Shown in pieces: positions 37,918-47,144 of a stretch of 64,000 nucleotides of DNA; the first letter of the stretch is position 1, and each line of letters opens with the position of its first letter. This DNA comes from a virus (lineage: Duplodnaviria > Caudoviricetes), in IMG/VR virus record IMGVR_UViG_3300028797_000143, positions 24,862 through 88,861 of that record; one strand, 5' to 3'. The notes under the pieces are model-generated. The model was not told the origin of the DNA. It ran no database searches and saw only the letters and a list, made by a program, of their open reading frames with translations. The translations under genes were made by a program, and so were the position numbers.

Positions 37918-38433
37918 ATGTTACGGTTTGCCTTATTGAACTACACTCCCAAGCGGTATATGAGACGTGCCAGCTTCGAGGCGCAGGAGTCAAATCGTTA
38001 CATCATTGACTTCAAGAACGGACGCAAGTATGCCATCCGAATCATAACGGATATGGTTTGTGAGACGCTATCGAAGACGAACATGGATAACACCATTATC
38101 GTGAACATCCCTGCAAGCTGTGAGAGGACAACAGAGCGGAGGTACAGGACGTTCATGAATGATGTGTGTGACAGGTGCGGGGCTGTGAATGGCTTCGGGC
38201 ATGTCCATGTCTTTGGGAAGAGGGAGAAGTCACATATCATACGTCACCACAGCCACCTTGACAATGTGAGGATAGACAATGACTTCTTCCGTGGTCGCAG
38301 GGTGATAGTGGTTGATGACATCTGTACCACAGGACAGACATCAAATAGTTTCATAGAACGCCTGAAGATGGCAGGTGCCGATGTTCGGATGGCGTTATTC
38401 ATAGCAAAGACAAAGAAATTCAAAACCAATTAA
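37918..38433 (+). CDS. phosphoribosyltransferase-fold (ComF-like) protein
   Basis: VIVVDDICTTGQT PRPP-binding loop. Confidence 0.8.
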   Translation: MLRFALLNYTPKRYMRRASFEAQESNRYIIDFKNGRKYAIRIITDMVCETLSKTNMDNTIIVNIPASCERTTERRYRTFMNDVCDRCGAVNGFGHVHVFGKREKSHIIRHHSHLDNVRIDNDFFRGRRVIVVDDICTTGQTSNSFIERLKMAGADVRMALFIAKTKKFKTN

Positions 38434-38440
38434 ACAGATT

Positions 38441-39340
38441 ATGGAAAAATCAAAACGGCTCTGTTGGGCACCAACAAAACATTTTACTGAAAATGGGATT
38501 GACTATCGCATCAGCATAGAGGTAAGCCTCCATGATGATTGTAAGAACGGACATTGTGATTTCCACCTCACAGGAAGCGTGTATAAGTACGGACATCGAA
38601 ACCCAGAGGTTTGTGGCTGTATTCACGAAGAGATAGAGAAGTACTTCCCTGAGTTGCGAAAGTTTATCCCGCTGCACTTATGCAACTATCTCGGTCATCC
38701 GAGTTACCCAGAGGCAAATGGCCAGTATTTCATCAAGCACGAAGGGAAAGAAGTGGCTATGCGTTATTTGCGCATCACTTCGGATGAGTTCTCGAAGTTG
38801 TCGGCTGTAGGAGATAAAGAAGAGCGTCCTTACTTCAAGTACCTCCTATACAAACTTGGAATAGTAGACCGCTGGAAGACGGAGGCTGATGAGTTCATCG
38901 CTTTCCTCGAAGAAAAGACAGGGATGAAGTGGGAAAACCCTTACGCTGAAAGCGGTGAACGTAACGTGATGCATCTAACAGATGAAGAACGTGAATCTAT
39001 AGAGAAAGCAGTTGCCTTGGGTTATTACACGCCACAGGCCATCGAAGAGCGTGTAAGAGTGCGTCATCAGGCCATACAACAGGCGAAACGTGATGAGGTT
39101 ATCAAACGCTATGAGGAAGAGACCCGCAAAGCCCGTGAGGAGCGCGACGTTAAGCTGTATATCTTTGACAGCGGATTGCCGATTGATAACGTCATCTACT
39201 ACGACCATACGAAGAAGGTCGTGTTTAATTGGCTTGACTTTAAGCCACAGATCAGCCAAGAGGACTTTGTGGACTTTCTCAACAGTGTGGATTATTCTAA
39301 ATTGCCAAAAGGCGTAACATTTGAGATTAAACAGAAATGA
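38441..39340 (+). CDS. hypothetical protein
   Basis: 299-aa ORF preceded by leader motif. Confidence 0.75.
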   Translation: MEKSKRLCWAPTKHFTENGIDYRISIEVSLHDDCKNGHCDFHLTGSVYKYGHRNPEVCGCIHEEIEKYFPELRKFIPLHLCNYLGHPSYPEANGQYFIKHEGKEVAMRYLRITSDEFSKLSAVGDKEERPYFKYLLYKLGIVDRWKTEADEFIAFLEEKTGMKWENPYAESGERNVMHLTDEERESIEKAVALGYYTPQAIEERVRVRHQAIQQAKRDEVIKRYEEETRKAREERDVKLYIFDSGLPIDNVIYYDHTKKVVFNWLDFKPQISQEDFVDFLNSVDYSKLPKGVTFEIKQK

Positions 39341-39594
39341 AAAAGATAAGTATACCGCGTGAGTGGAAGGAGATAAAGAAAAAGCATACAGATGCTATCA
39401 TTCTCTTTCGGATAGGAGACTTCTATAACATCTACGAAGATGACGCCGAAAAGGCATCGTATATTCTTGGTATAACATTGTCCGAAGAGGGAGGACGAAT
39501 GAAATCTTCATTTCCAAAACATGCGTTGGACGCCTTCCTCCCAAAGCTTGTGAGAGCGGGCAATAGAGTGGCTATATGCGAAAACTTATCCTAA
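39337..39594 (+). CDS. stand-alone MutS domain I protein
   Basis: DAIILFRIGDFY..Y.DDAEKAS.ILGITL...FP.HALD.FLPKLV.AG.RVAICE. Confidence 0.88.
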   Translation: MKKISIPREWKEIKKKHTDAIILFRIGDFYNIYEDDAEKASYILGITLSEEGGRMKSSFPKHALDAFLPKLVRAGNRVAICENLS

Positions 39595-39606
39595 AACTGA
39601 ATCGTT

Positions 39607-40050
39607 GTGGTAGTAGATTTTACCTTACAGCAGAAAACCGAGATACTGAAACAAGTAATTGGTAAGGTCTTCGAGTGGAACGGAGATAGTCTCTATGACC
39701 ACGGTAAGATGCTGCAGTCGGAGGTTACAGGTGTAGAGTATGACGATGAGAACCACTTCATCAAGCTCAGGCATCGTATCACCTTCGAGGATGGTGCACA
39801 TCACGACTACAGGACAGATGGCTCGTGGTACTTTGACCACTATCAAAAGGACATCGAGCGTATCTTGAACGTAGAGGTGTATTGGGAGGTACGGAAAGAG
39901 GGCGTCTCTCCAATTATGCTCAATACGGAAGACCTGAAGAATAGTCATTCGTGGATGATGTTCCATGACTACAATGGTCGGATTATATTTGAGAACTTCT
40001 CTCGTGCTAAGTTGTGTTGGTATGAGAAATATGATAATAATAGCTGGTAG
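39607..40050 (+). CDS. hypothetical protein
   Basis: GTG-start ORF in operon. Confidence 0.55.
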   Translation: MVVDFTLQQKTEILKQVIGKVFEWNGDSLYDHGKMLQSEVTGVEYDDENHFIKLRHRITFEDGAHHDYRTDGSWYFDHYQKDIERILNVEVYWEVRKEGVSPIMLNTEDLKNSHSWMMFHDYNGRIIFENFSRAKLCWYEKYDNNSW

Positions 40051-40059
40051 AATTAGATT

Positions 40060-40842
40060 ATGAACAATCAGATAGCAAATCTTAATAAGGCATTCCGAAA
40101 TCAGCCGATTGACATTGATGCCATGAAGCAGATGCAGAGAAACAATAAGCGTACTGTGATAGACATAGATAGGCTTGACATGACGAGGGTGCTGGAGCTG
40201 ACAAGGCTGATAAGTCGCGAAGACAGGATTCTCGGCACGATAATTAATCCTATACCTTTCAAGGAAATAGAAAATGATACTGATGCGACGCTTAATATGG
40301 TTATGCAAGCGCTTGGGATATATACCTTCCCGACGCAGGAACTTATAGATTTTCTTCGTGGTGAGATTGATGATGACCCAGAGTATGAGCCGCATAAGGC
40401 GTTAGAGATTTGCTGTGGTACAGGTTGGATAGGACGCACGTTAGGCATACCTATTACAGATAGCAGGCTACAGGAGCGTGCTGATATACGAGAGTCGTAT
40501 CTCGCACTTGGCGCGATGCCTATCAGCTATCCAATGGATGTAGAACCGCTTGATGCATTGTCTGCTATCAAGAAGTATGAGCCAGAGTTTGTAATAGCCT
40601 CCTATTGTACACACCTTTACGGCACAGGAAATCTGAAGAGCGGTAATGCATTTGGAGTAGATACGAGATGGGTGCGCAGTCATTGCCGCCGTTTCTATCA
40701 TATCGGGAACGACAATATTCACAGTCGTGACCCAATTATGAAGATGCCGCATAAGCGTTTGTCTTTTGATTGGCTTGTAACTCGCGGTGATTCATCAAAA
40801 GCAAGAATATATGTCTGGGAAAATATGAATTTTAAAATTTAA
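40060..40842 (+). CDS. SAM-binding methyltransferase-like protein
   Basis: ALEICCGTGWIG, DALSAIKKY. Confidence 0.55.
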   Translation: MNNQIANLNKAFRNQPIDIDAMKQMQRNNKRTVIDIDRLDMTRVLELTRLISREDRILGTIINPIPFKEIENDTDATLNMVMQALGIYTFPTQELIDFLRGEIDDDPEYEPHKALEICCGTGWIGRTLGIPITDSRLQERADIRESYLALGAMPISYPMDVEPLDALSAIKKYEPEFVIASYCTHLYGTGNLKSGNAFGVDTRWVRSHCRRFYHIGNDNIHSRDPIMKMPHKRLSFDWLVTRGDSSKARIYVWENMNFKI

Positions 40843-40845
40843 CTT

Positions 40846-41022
40846 ATGAGAAAGTATGATTCAATAACCAAGTATCGCGACAAGGTGTTCAATTGCAATG
40901 CCAAGTTCAAAGCCAATGACTGCGAGAGAGCTTTATTCACGGAGGAGTTTGAACGCATGATAGACGAATTTGAGGAGGAACTTGGCGAGATAGAGAGTAT
41001 CACTATAGTGTTCAAGAGATAG
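40846..41022 (+). CDS. small hypothetical protein (58 aa, below ORF-track cutoff)
   Basis: MRKYDSITKY...SITIVFKR read by hand. Confidence 0.5.
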   Translation: MRKYDSITKYRDKVFNCNAKFKANDCERALFTEEFERMIDEFEEELGEIESITIVFKR

Positions 41023-41123
41023 GAATTTCATCAAAAATGCCTCATTTTTATATATTTCCTTACCTGTAATAGTAGAAATTTGTACCTTTGCACATCACTA
41101 CCTAAGAATCAATCTAACAAGAC

Positions 41124-41711
41124 ATGAAACAGATAGAATTTTACAGCTACGATGATGAGGTTTGGTACAGGAATACCGATGGCCATACCGAGGTTCTTAG
41201 TGAGAACAGCAGAGAAATCATCGACTTGATGTATGACACTCTTAAAAGGGATTTCAAAGAAAGCTTTGCAGCCCTTAGAAGCATCTACGGGATCAGTGAG
41301 ACAAATCTACCATACTATAAGTATGTTATGGTAAAGCGGTTCATCAAGTGTAACTTTTCAAGGGTTGACACCACGTATATAGACTTGGAATCGCTCGGCG
41401 ATGTCAATGTCATAAACCTTGAAAAGGTTGACTGCCCACTTCGTGGTGAATGTCCGTATGAAGGTCTTATCTGCCAGCCGCGTATATCCTCAAACCTCAC
41501 GGAAAGAGAGCTGACGGTGGCGACGTATCTGTATGATGGTAAACGTAAAGATGAGATAGCGAAGCTGATGTTTCTTTCGGTAGATACAATAAACAACCAT
41601 ATCCGAAGAATCTACAGGAAACTTAACGTTCACTCGGAAGTCGAGTTCGCAAAGTATTTCGGTTCAATGAGAAACATAAAGACGCAGAAATATAACCGAA
41701 AAGAATCTTGA
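41124..41711 (+). CDS. LuxR-type HTH regulator with Cys-rich motif (paralog of 5446-6000)
   Basis: CPLRGECPYEGLICQP...EIAKLMFLSVDTINNHIRRIYRKLNV; promoter TACCTTTG at 41083. Confidence 0.85.
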   Translation: MKQIEFYSYDDEVWYRNTDGHTEVLSENSREIIDLMYDTLKRDFKESFAALRSIYGISETNLPYYKYVMVKRFIKCNFSRVDTTYIDLESLGDVNVINLEKVDCPLRGECPYEGLICQPRISSNLTERELTVATYLYDGKRKDEIAKLMFLSVDTINNHIRRIYRKLNVHSEVEFAKYFGSMRNIKTQKYNRKES

Positions 41712-41732
41712 ATTTCTTTCTGTTTAATTGGG

Positions 41733-41776
41733 CCCTACCCTCTCACTGCCAAAAGCATGATTGGGTAGGGTTTTTT
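41733..41776 (+). terminator. intrinsic terminator
   Basis: CCCTACCC...GGGTAGGG followed by TTTTTT. Confidence 0.7.
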
Positions 41777-41796
41777 GATGTCGAAAAGTTTAGTAT

Positions 41797-41843
41797 TTTT
41801 AACTAAATATATTTGTGTATATCACTGAAAATCAGTACTTTTG
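41797..41843 (+). promoter_or_regulatory. extended phage promoter, copy 7
   Basis: TTTTAACTA-N6-TTTG-N20-TACTTTTG. Confidence 0.8.
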
Positions 41844-41881
41844 CATATAGAGAAGAAAGGAACACATTAAACAGAAAGAAA

Positions 41882-42616
41882 ATGGAAAGAACATTAAATC
41901 AAACAAGAACATCAACCAAACCATTTGATAAAGGTTGGTATGAGAAAGTATCGAAATCCGTCAAGGAAGACAAGAGCGTTATCGAAGAGCTGGCAGACCG
42001 CATCTCCACAAAGATGAGTAAGGTGAAACCCGTAAAAGAGCAGGTAGACGACCTGATAGAAGATGCCAACTATGCCCGTGACGTATTGAAGTATACAACC
42101 GAGTGGTCGAATACGACGTTGGCCAAAGACCTCGGAATGCGGTCAGCACAAGAGTTGTTGCAAGAGCTGCAATCTCTTGGGATAGTCTATCAAGACAAGC
42201 GTAAGCAATGGGTGTTGAGGGCTCGCTTTTCTGGCCAAGGCTTGGAAGTCTACCACACGAACAAAAAAGGTACTTATCTCCGTTGGACGCAGAAAGGCCG
42301 TCAGTGGTTACACGCCCTCGTGAAGAGAGGCATCCTACAAATAAGTCCAAAGCCTATTCAGACAACACAGGAACACAAACCGAAGATGGTTGTAATGCCA
42401 AAGCCAAAGCGGAATACGGCTAATCTGGTGGATCTTATCGAGCAGATGAAAGCGTGCTTCGACTGCATCATCAACCTCGCTATAGAATGCCTCGATGAGA
42501 ATGATGAGAATTGGCGCAAGGTCCTTCGAGACGACATCAGAAGCATCAACGACAGCACACCGCTGATGATGCGCAAGTTCGAGGACGAGTGTTACAAGGT
42601 TCTCGCAGTATCATAG
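41882..42616 (+). CDS. antirepressor with KilAC (ANT) domain
   Basis: TTLAKDLGMRSAQEL...LGIVYQ...QWVL...YLRWTQKGRQWL. Confidence 0.75.
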   Translation: MERTLNQTRTSTKPFDKGWYEKVSKSVKEDKSVIEELADRISTKMSKVKPVKEQVDDLIEDANYARDVLKYTTEWSNTTLAKDLGMRSAQELLQELQSLGIVYQDKRKQWVLRARFSGQGLEVYHTNKKGTYLRWTQKGRQWLHALVKRGILQISPKPIQTTQEHKPKMVVMPKPKRNTANLVDLIEQMKACFDCIINLAIECLDENDENWRKVLRDDIRSINDSTPLMMRKFEDECYKVLAVS

Positions 42617-42725
42617 GGCTCCAAATTAACCAATTATACAGGGTAATATGTACTTTATAGCGTCAATTGAAAGAAAAGCAATGAAATATTTTGAAGATTT
42701 GGAATAAATACTTACCTTTGCAAAC

Positions 42726-42830
42726 AGAATAAACCTTCTTGTTAGAGGCTTAAAGAAGCGAGCAGCAATGTTCGTGGAGGGGCCGGGGGATTCCCAAGTG
42801 GATAGCGCGGCTGCCAGACAAGGAGGGTTA
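42726..42830 (+). ncRNA. candidate structured ncRNA convergent with the MuF toxin gene
   Basis: Promoter TACCTTTG 42713-42720; closing stem CCTTCTTGT/ACAAGGAGG; inner GCAGC/GCTGC; no ORF. Confidence 0.4.
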
Positions 42831-44489
42831 TTCTATTTTTATAAGTCTTGTTGTTCCGTCTCTAAATACGCATAATATCTCGTCTATAGGAAGTCGTTCA
42901 AGTCCCAAATATCTCTTAGCTTTTTCTACACCTTCAAAGATCTTTGTTTCAGAAAAATAAGATGGTTCGTAAAAGAACATACACATAGAGTGAGCCTTTG
43001 TTGTGGTTTCTTCTAAAGCGTTATATTTGAACAATTGTTTACATTTATCTTTTATTGCACCACCAAAGTTTTTTGAATCAGAGGTTATGCTTCTTATATC
43101 CATAACCTTTTCATCGATGATTGCATCAAGACAGGATACGTAATTGCCATCTTTTGTAAGATTCTCTGGGAGTAAAATACAGCTATGTCCTGTTTTGTAA
43201 AGAACATCTTGACACATCACTTCTAATTCTTTACCAGTTAATCCTTCAAAGAACTTCTCTTCTTTAGGATTTGATTTATTGTGGCTTGTATGTGTCGCTC
43301 TTAAGCCAAGTGTGTCTGGATCAAATTCAACATCTGTATATTCACTATTTTCGAGAAGCCTGTAATATTCACGGCGTCGTTTGTTTGCGAGGACTATCTT
43401 TTCTTCAAAATCAGACGAAGTGCTATCAATGTGTTCTTGAATGTCTATATGTATCTCTTGTGGCTTTGTAAACTCATAACCGACTTGTTCTATAAGACCC
43501 TTTTTATTGTCTCTTATCCAATATGGATTTGTACCACGTTCTTCAGCTGCAGCTATACGTTCTTGGTTTTCGTCAATCCAATCTAATAAACTGTTAGGAA
43601 CATCTTTTATTTCCTCACCTTTCCCGCTATACCACTCATCATCTGTCATTACAATAGGAATACAAATGCAGAAACAATTGGGATGCCATCCCGGCCATTT
43701 GAACCACTTCGGATAAACACCAATAAGATCGTCGCAGATATCGCGTTTTGGATGGCTGTGGGATAGCTTTATCTCATATCCTTTGATGAAGTCCATTTGT
43801 TCCCAGCGCGTCTGCTCGGCAGTGCGATATGCCATATTTATTTCCGAGCGTGCAAGGCGTATGGAGCGGTATTCACAGCTTTGACACTCTACAGCCTTTC
43901 CATAACGCTCTCCATAATCCTTTTGTAGGGAAGGGAAGTCGTGGAGATACTTGCTAATCCTCTTAGAGAGCGTGACGGCACTCTGCCCCTTCTCTATGGC
44001 AGATGATATAGCGTATTCAAGTTCCCGCTTGAAGTTGTAGGATTGGTTCCATACCTTCTGCGAGACGGTCATCCCCTTGTCTTTTCTCTGTTGGAATGCC
44101 TTTAATGCGTCGTTATTCGGCTCGTAGTAGCGTTTTACCTTCTCTCCGTTACGTCGTATACCATAGACCTTCAAAACGTCGTTAGCGAGCAAATCTTGGA
44201 CTAAATTAGACCGCTTCCATTCATCTGTCGTTCCTGAGTAGATTAGAGCCTGTATGTCATGAGAGAAGTGGCGCATCAACTCATCGACGCGCCCTTTCGT
44301 TGCAGGATAGTCTTTGAATCTAAACGGGACGCCATCTTCCCCCGTGTATCCCGTTCCCGTAGTGACGATACTCGCCGCCTCCGAAGCAAGGGTGTCATAG
44401 ATAGACTGAACAAGGGCTACATATCTTCCGAGTCGCTTGTTCAACGATGCGTATCTCTTCTTTTGATTCGGTGTGCGCGGTTTAGCCAT
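42828..44489 (-). CDS. MuF/SPP1 gp7-like minor head protein with C-terminal toxin-like nuclease extension
   Basis: RLARSEINMAY, CDDLIGVYPK, WHPNCFC (MuF); AT-rich C-terminal domain with LDAIIDEKVMDIRS; start moved to MAKPRTP. Confidence 0.8.
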   Translation of the reverse strand: MAKPRTPNQKKRYASLNKRLGRYVALVQSIYDTLASEAASIVTTGTGYTGEDGVPFRFKDYPATKGRVDELMRHFSHDIQALIYSGTTDEWKRSNLVQDLLANDVLKVYGIRRNGEKVKRYYEPNNDALKAFQQRKDKGMTVSQKVWNQSYNFKRELEYAISSAIEKGQSAVTLSKRISKYLHDFPSLQKDYGERYGKAVECQSCEYRSIRLARSEINMAYRTAEQTRWEQMDFIKGYEIKLSHSHPKRDICDDLIGVYPKWFKWPGWHPNCFCICIPIVMTDDEWYSGKGEEIKDVPNSLLDWIDENQERIAAAEERGTNPYWIRDNKKGLIEQVGYEFTKPQEIHIDIQEHIDSTSSDFEEKIVLANKRRREYYRLLENSEYTDVEFDPDTLGLRATHTSHNKSNPKEEKFFEGLTGKELEVMCQDVLYKTGHSCILLPENLTKDGNYVSCLDAIIDEKVMDIRSITSDSKNFGGAIKDKCKQLFKYNALEETTTKAHSMCMFFYEPSYFSETKIFEGVEKAKRYLGLERLPIDEILCVFRDGTTRLIKIE

Positions 44490-44862
44490 TTTTGGTAATA
44501 TCAGATTCGGGCATGGCGAGTAGTCGGTATGCCATGATGGTAGGCTTTCCTTCAAGGATGGCACGGCAGAGGCTATGAATACCATCTGCTACCATACCGT
44601 GGTCATCAAGGATGATAGGCTTCTTGTAATCTGCCTCCAAGGTTTTCTTCATGTTACCGATGAAGTCTGTTGTGCTGTCGATACTGAAATGCAGCTTCGA
44701 CACATCAAACAAGGCCACAGGAAAGGAGAACGGCTTAAGGCCTGCGTCCTTCACCGTCTTCCGTAGCGTAGAGGCGTACCAGCAGTGTTCACCTCTCCAG
44801 TAGCACTCTTCAGTAACATGCTTACTCTTCCGCACTTTCTTCCACCTTGGGAGTGTAGACAT
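44482..44862 (-). CDS. ParB-like domain protein
   Basis: ADYKKPIILDDHGMVADGIHSLCRAILEG. Confidence 0.6.
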   Translation of the reverse strand: MSTLPRWKKVRKSKHVTEECYWRGEHCWYASTLRKTVKDAGLKPFSFPVALFDVSKLHFSIDSTTDFIGNMKKTLEADYKKPIILDDHGMVADGIHSLCRAILEGKPTIMAYRLLAMPESDITKNG

Positions 44863-45172
44863 AGAGTCTGCCCGTCACATCGGCAACCCACAGTGTCTTC
44901 TTTACGTTGTAGTCGATGAGGTCGTTCTTGTAGATGGCAGCGAAGATGTTGGTGCCAATCTCCTTCTTCTGGTCTTCGATGAGCCTCTTAAGCCCTTCAC
45001 GATGGGACTTGATTTCAGGATTGTGCTTACGATATTCGCGCACATCGTTCTTGGTGATGTGGTAGCCGATTCCAAGAGCCTTGGGCTCGTATTGGTCGGC
45101 GAGGATGAACTCTTTTTGCGGGTCGAGCCGCTTGGCGAGTCTCAGAAGCCATTGAGCAATTTTCTTTTTCAT
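44822..45172 (-). CDS. hypothetical protein
   Basis: ORF in portal operon. Confidence 0.6.
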   Translation of the reverse strand: MKKKIAQWLLRLAKRLDPQKEFILADQYEPKALGIGYHITKNDVREYRKHNPEIKSHREGLKRLIEDQKKEIGTNIFAAIYKNDLIDYNVKKTLWVADVTGRLYVYTPKVEESAEE

Positions 45173-45180
45173 AATAGTAT

Positions 45181-46608
45181 TTATTCTGCACTGAACATTC
45201 CTTCCATGGCGGCAGTAGAAGCAGCGGCCTGCCTTATGGCCTCCTGCGCCGCTTCCTCGTTGATCTGTTTGATGGTCTCATCGACATTCTGCGACTTGCC
45301 GATGCGCTGTATACTCTCACGCTGGCTCTCGACGGGCCTGCCTCCGTTGGCCTTCATGTGCATGTCTATCTGTGCCTGCTCGTCTTCGATGATGAACGGA
45401 GTGATGATATGTTCGACAACCACGTTGTCAATCTCGTCCCTCCAAGATACGTTGAGTTCCTTAAGGAAAGCCTTGATGACGTTACACTCGCGTTGTAAGA
45501 ACTCAATCCACGGGCCACTCTCTTCGCCAATCTTAAGATGCGCATCGGTAAGGAGCGTACGGCGTGAGTCGTAACCGATATTACCGAGAGACTTCATATT
45601 CTCAAAGGAGATGTCGGGCATCTGTGCCTGCATCCAATAGAACTTAAGGAGGTTGTCGATATGGTACTTCAAGGCTGCGTCGGACTGAGCCCATGAGACA
45701 TACCCCACATCACCGCCCTCCATGACGCGGTAGACCCTTCGAGACTCACCCTTATTCTCGGAGCCTTTTATCTCACCCTTCACCTTAAGGATAGGAGCGG
45801 AGTTATAGGCCACGACATCGGAGTTACGTGATAGGGTGTACTCCAAGTCTTCGCGTAGCGGTTGCAATCCGTCAAATACAGGCTGTGGGCGCATCAGGTA
45901 AGCACCAGGAATCTTATTGATGCTGATGGTCTCCTCTTGGCCGACCTCTTCCCACACTCCATTGGCTCCGTCGTGCTTCCACTTCTTATGTTTCTCTGCG
46001 GTAAAGGTCTCGAAGAAAACGACGGTATTCTCATTGCTCGTCTTCTTATCGTACTCAAAGGACATGGCAATCAGATCACCCTTCTCGTCAAAGAGGGGGT
46101 AGAGCTTGCATCCGTCCATGGGTGAGAAGGTCTGGCATTTCAACTTCCTCCGGCTTTCGAATCCATAGAGAGTGTTGGGGCTATCGGTTGTGTACCACAT
46201 GGTGAATATCTCACAGGAGGCGTAGTAGGCCGTTCCACGCTTGATGTTCTCGGCGTCAATGTGCGCCTTATTGTATATCTCCTCAATGGCATTGGCGATG
46301 GCCTTTCGTTTCTCATTGCCCTCTATGTTGGAGTATACACGCTTCACGGGGATGGCAAAGGTGAACTCTGTCATTCGCTTCGTGAGCAGCTTCTCCAGAC
46401 CAACTGTAAGACGTGCGGCCTTGTCAACGGAGCCGTCGGAGTGTACTTTATCCCTTCGGTTCTTCTTATCGGTTACGATAGTGTGGAACTTGGGCTCGTA
46501 GGACTTAAGAAGTTCACTCCATTCAGGTACGCTATAAGAGCGGTTCTTCAGCTCGGAAATGATTTTACTGATGTCGCTCTCTGCAAGAATTTCATTGATG
46601 TCTCTCAT
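45181..46608 (-). CDS. portal protein (SPP1 Gp6-like)
   Basis: 475 aa, upstream of MuF; portal-like pattern (LYPLFD, SRNSDVVAYNSAPIL, PDISFENM); promoter TAACTTTG on minus strand at 46632-46639. Confidence 0.8.
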   Translation of the reverse strand: MRDINEILAESDISKIISELKNRSYSVPEWSELLKSYEPKFHTIVTDKKNRRDKVHSDGSVDKAARLTVGLEKLLTKRMTEFTFAIPVKRVYSNIEGNEKRKAIANAIEEIYNKAHIDAENIKRGTAYYASCEIFTMWYTTDSPNTLYGFESRRKLKCQTFSPMDGCKLYPLFDEKGDLIAMSFEYDKKTSNENTVVFFETFTAEKHKKWKHDGANGVWEEVGQEETISINKIPGAYLMRPQPVFDGLQPLREDLEYTLSRNSDVVAYNSAPILKVKGEIKGSENKGESRRVYRVMEGGDVGYVSWAQSDAALKYHIDNLLKFYWMQAQMPDISFENMKSLGNIGYDSRRTLLTDAHLKIGEESGPWIEFLQRECNVIKAFLKELNVSWRDEIDNVVVEHIITPFIIEDEQAQIDMHMKANGGRPVESQRESIQRIGKSQNVDETIKQINEEAAQEAIRQAAASTAAMEGMFSAE

Positions 46609-46686
46609 GACGGAAATAGTATATAACTGCGCAAAGTTACATATAATTAGGCATACATATGCGCATATATCTTTATATTTCAGTAT

Positions 46687-46733
46687 TTTTAACTATATTT
46701 ATTTGCATAATTGAATAGAAACTCGTACCTTTG
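46687..46733 (+). promoter_or_regulatory. extended phage promoter, copy 8
   Basis: TTTTAACTA-N6-TTTG-N20-TACCTTTG. Confidence 0.8.
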
Positions 46734-46775
46734 CATAAAGAATCAATAGAATAGGACTGATTAAACAAAGAAGTT

Positions 46776-47144
46776 ATGAAAAAGGTGTTCAAACAGCAAG
46801 TGTTACAAGTGAGGTTGATAGGCCTTATTGTTTACTGCGAGACGGAGGTCGGCCAGTACGAAAAGAAGTGTAAGGAAATAGACGAAGTATCATATGAGGG
46901 ATACACCTCTTGTATTGAAGAAGACGGATGGGCAATCTTTCCGTTGGGAAAGAATGACAATATAAGGCAGAATTATGTGGTAAAGCTTCCATATGCGGAA
47001 GATAAGAACAGCGTTGTAAACTTCTGTGCCTCTATCGCTGCCGATGTCGTACCTTATGTGCTTAATGGAAAGACAAACCCCGCCATGGTTGGTCGGGTTG
47101 CCGAAGAGATATACAAAAACCTACAATACGAAGAAGTAGAATAA
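46776..47144 (+). CDS. hypothetical protein
   Basis: TAATG overlap with metK. Confidence 0.65.
   Translation: MKKVFKQQVLQVRLIGLIVYCETEVGQYEKKCKEIDEVSYEGYTSCIEEDGWAIFPLGKNDNIRQNYVVKLPYAEDKNSVVNFCASIAADVVPYVLNGKTNPAMVGRVAEEIYKNLQYEEVE

Noticed and set aside
42616-46690. Recombinase-invertible segment around the portal-MuF cassette
   Set aside because: No flanking inverted repeats were found by eye and no second recombinase is in the window.
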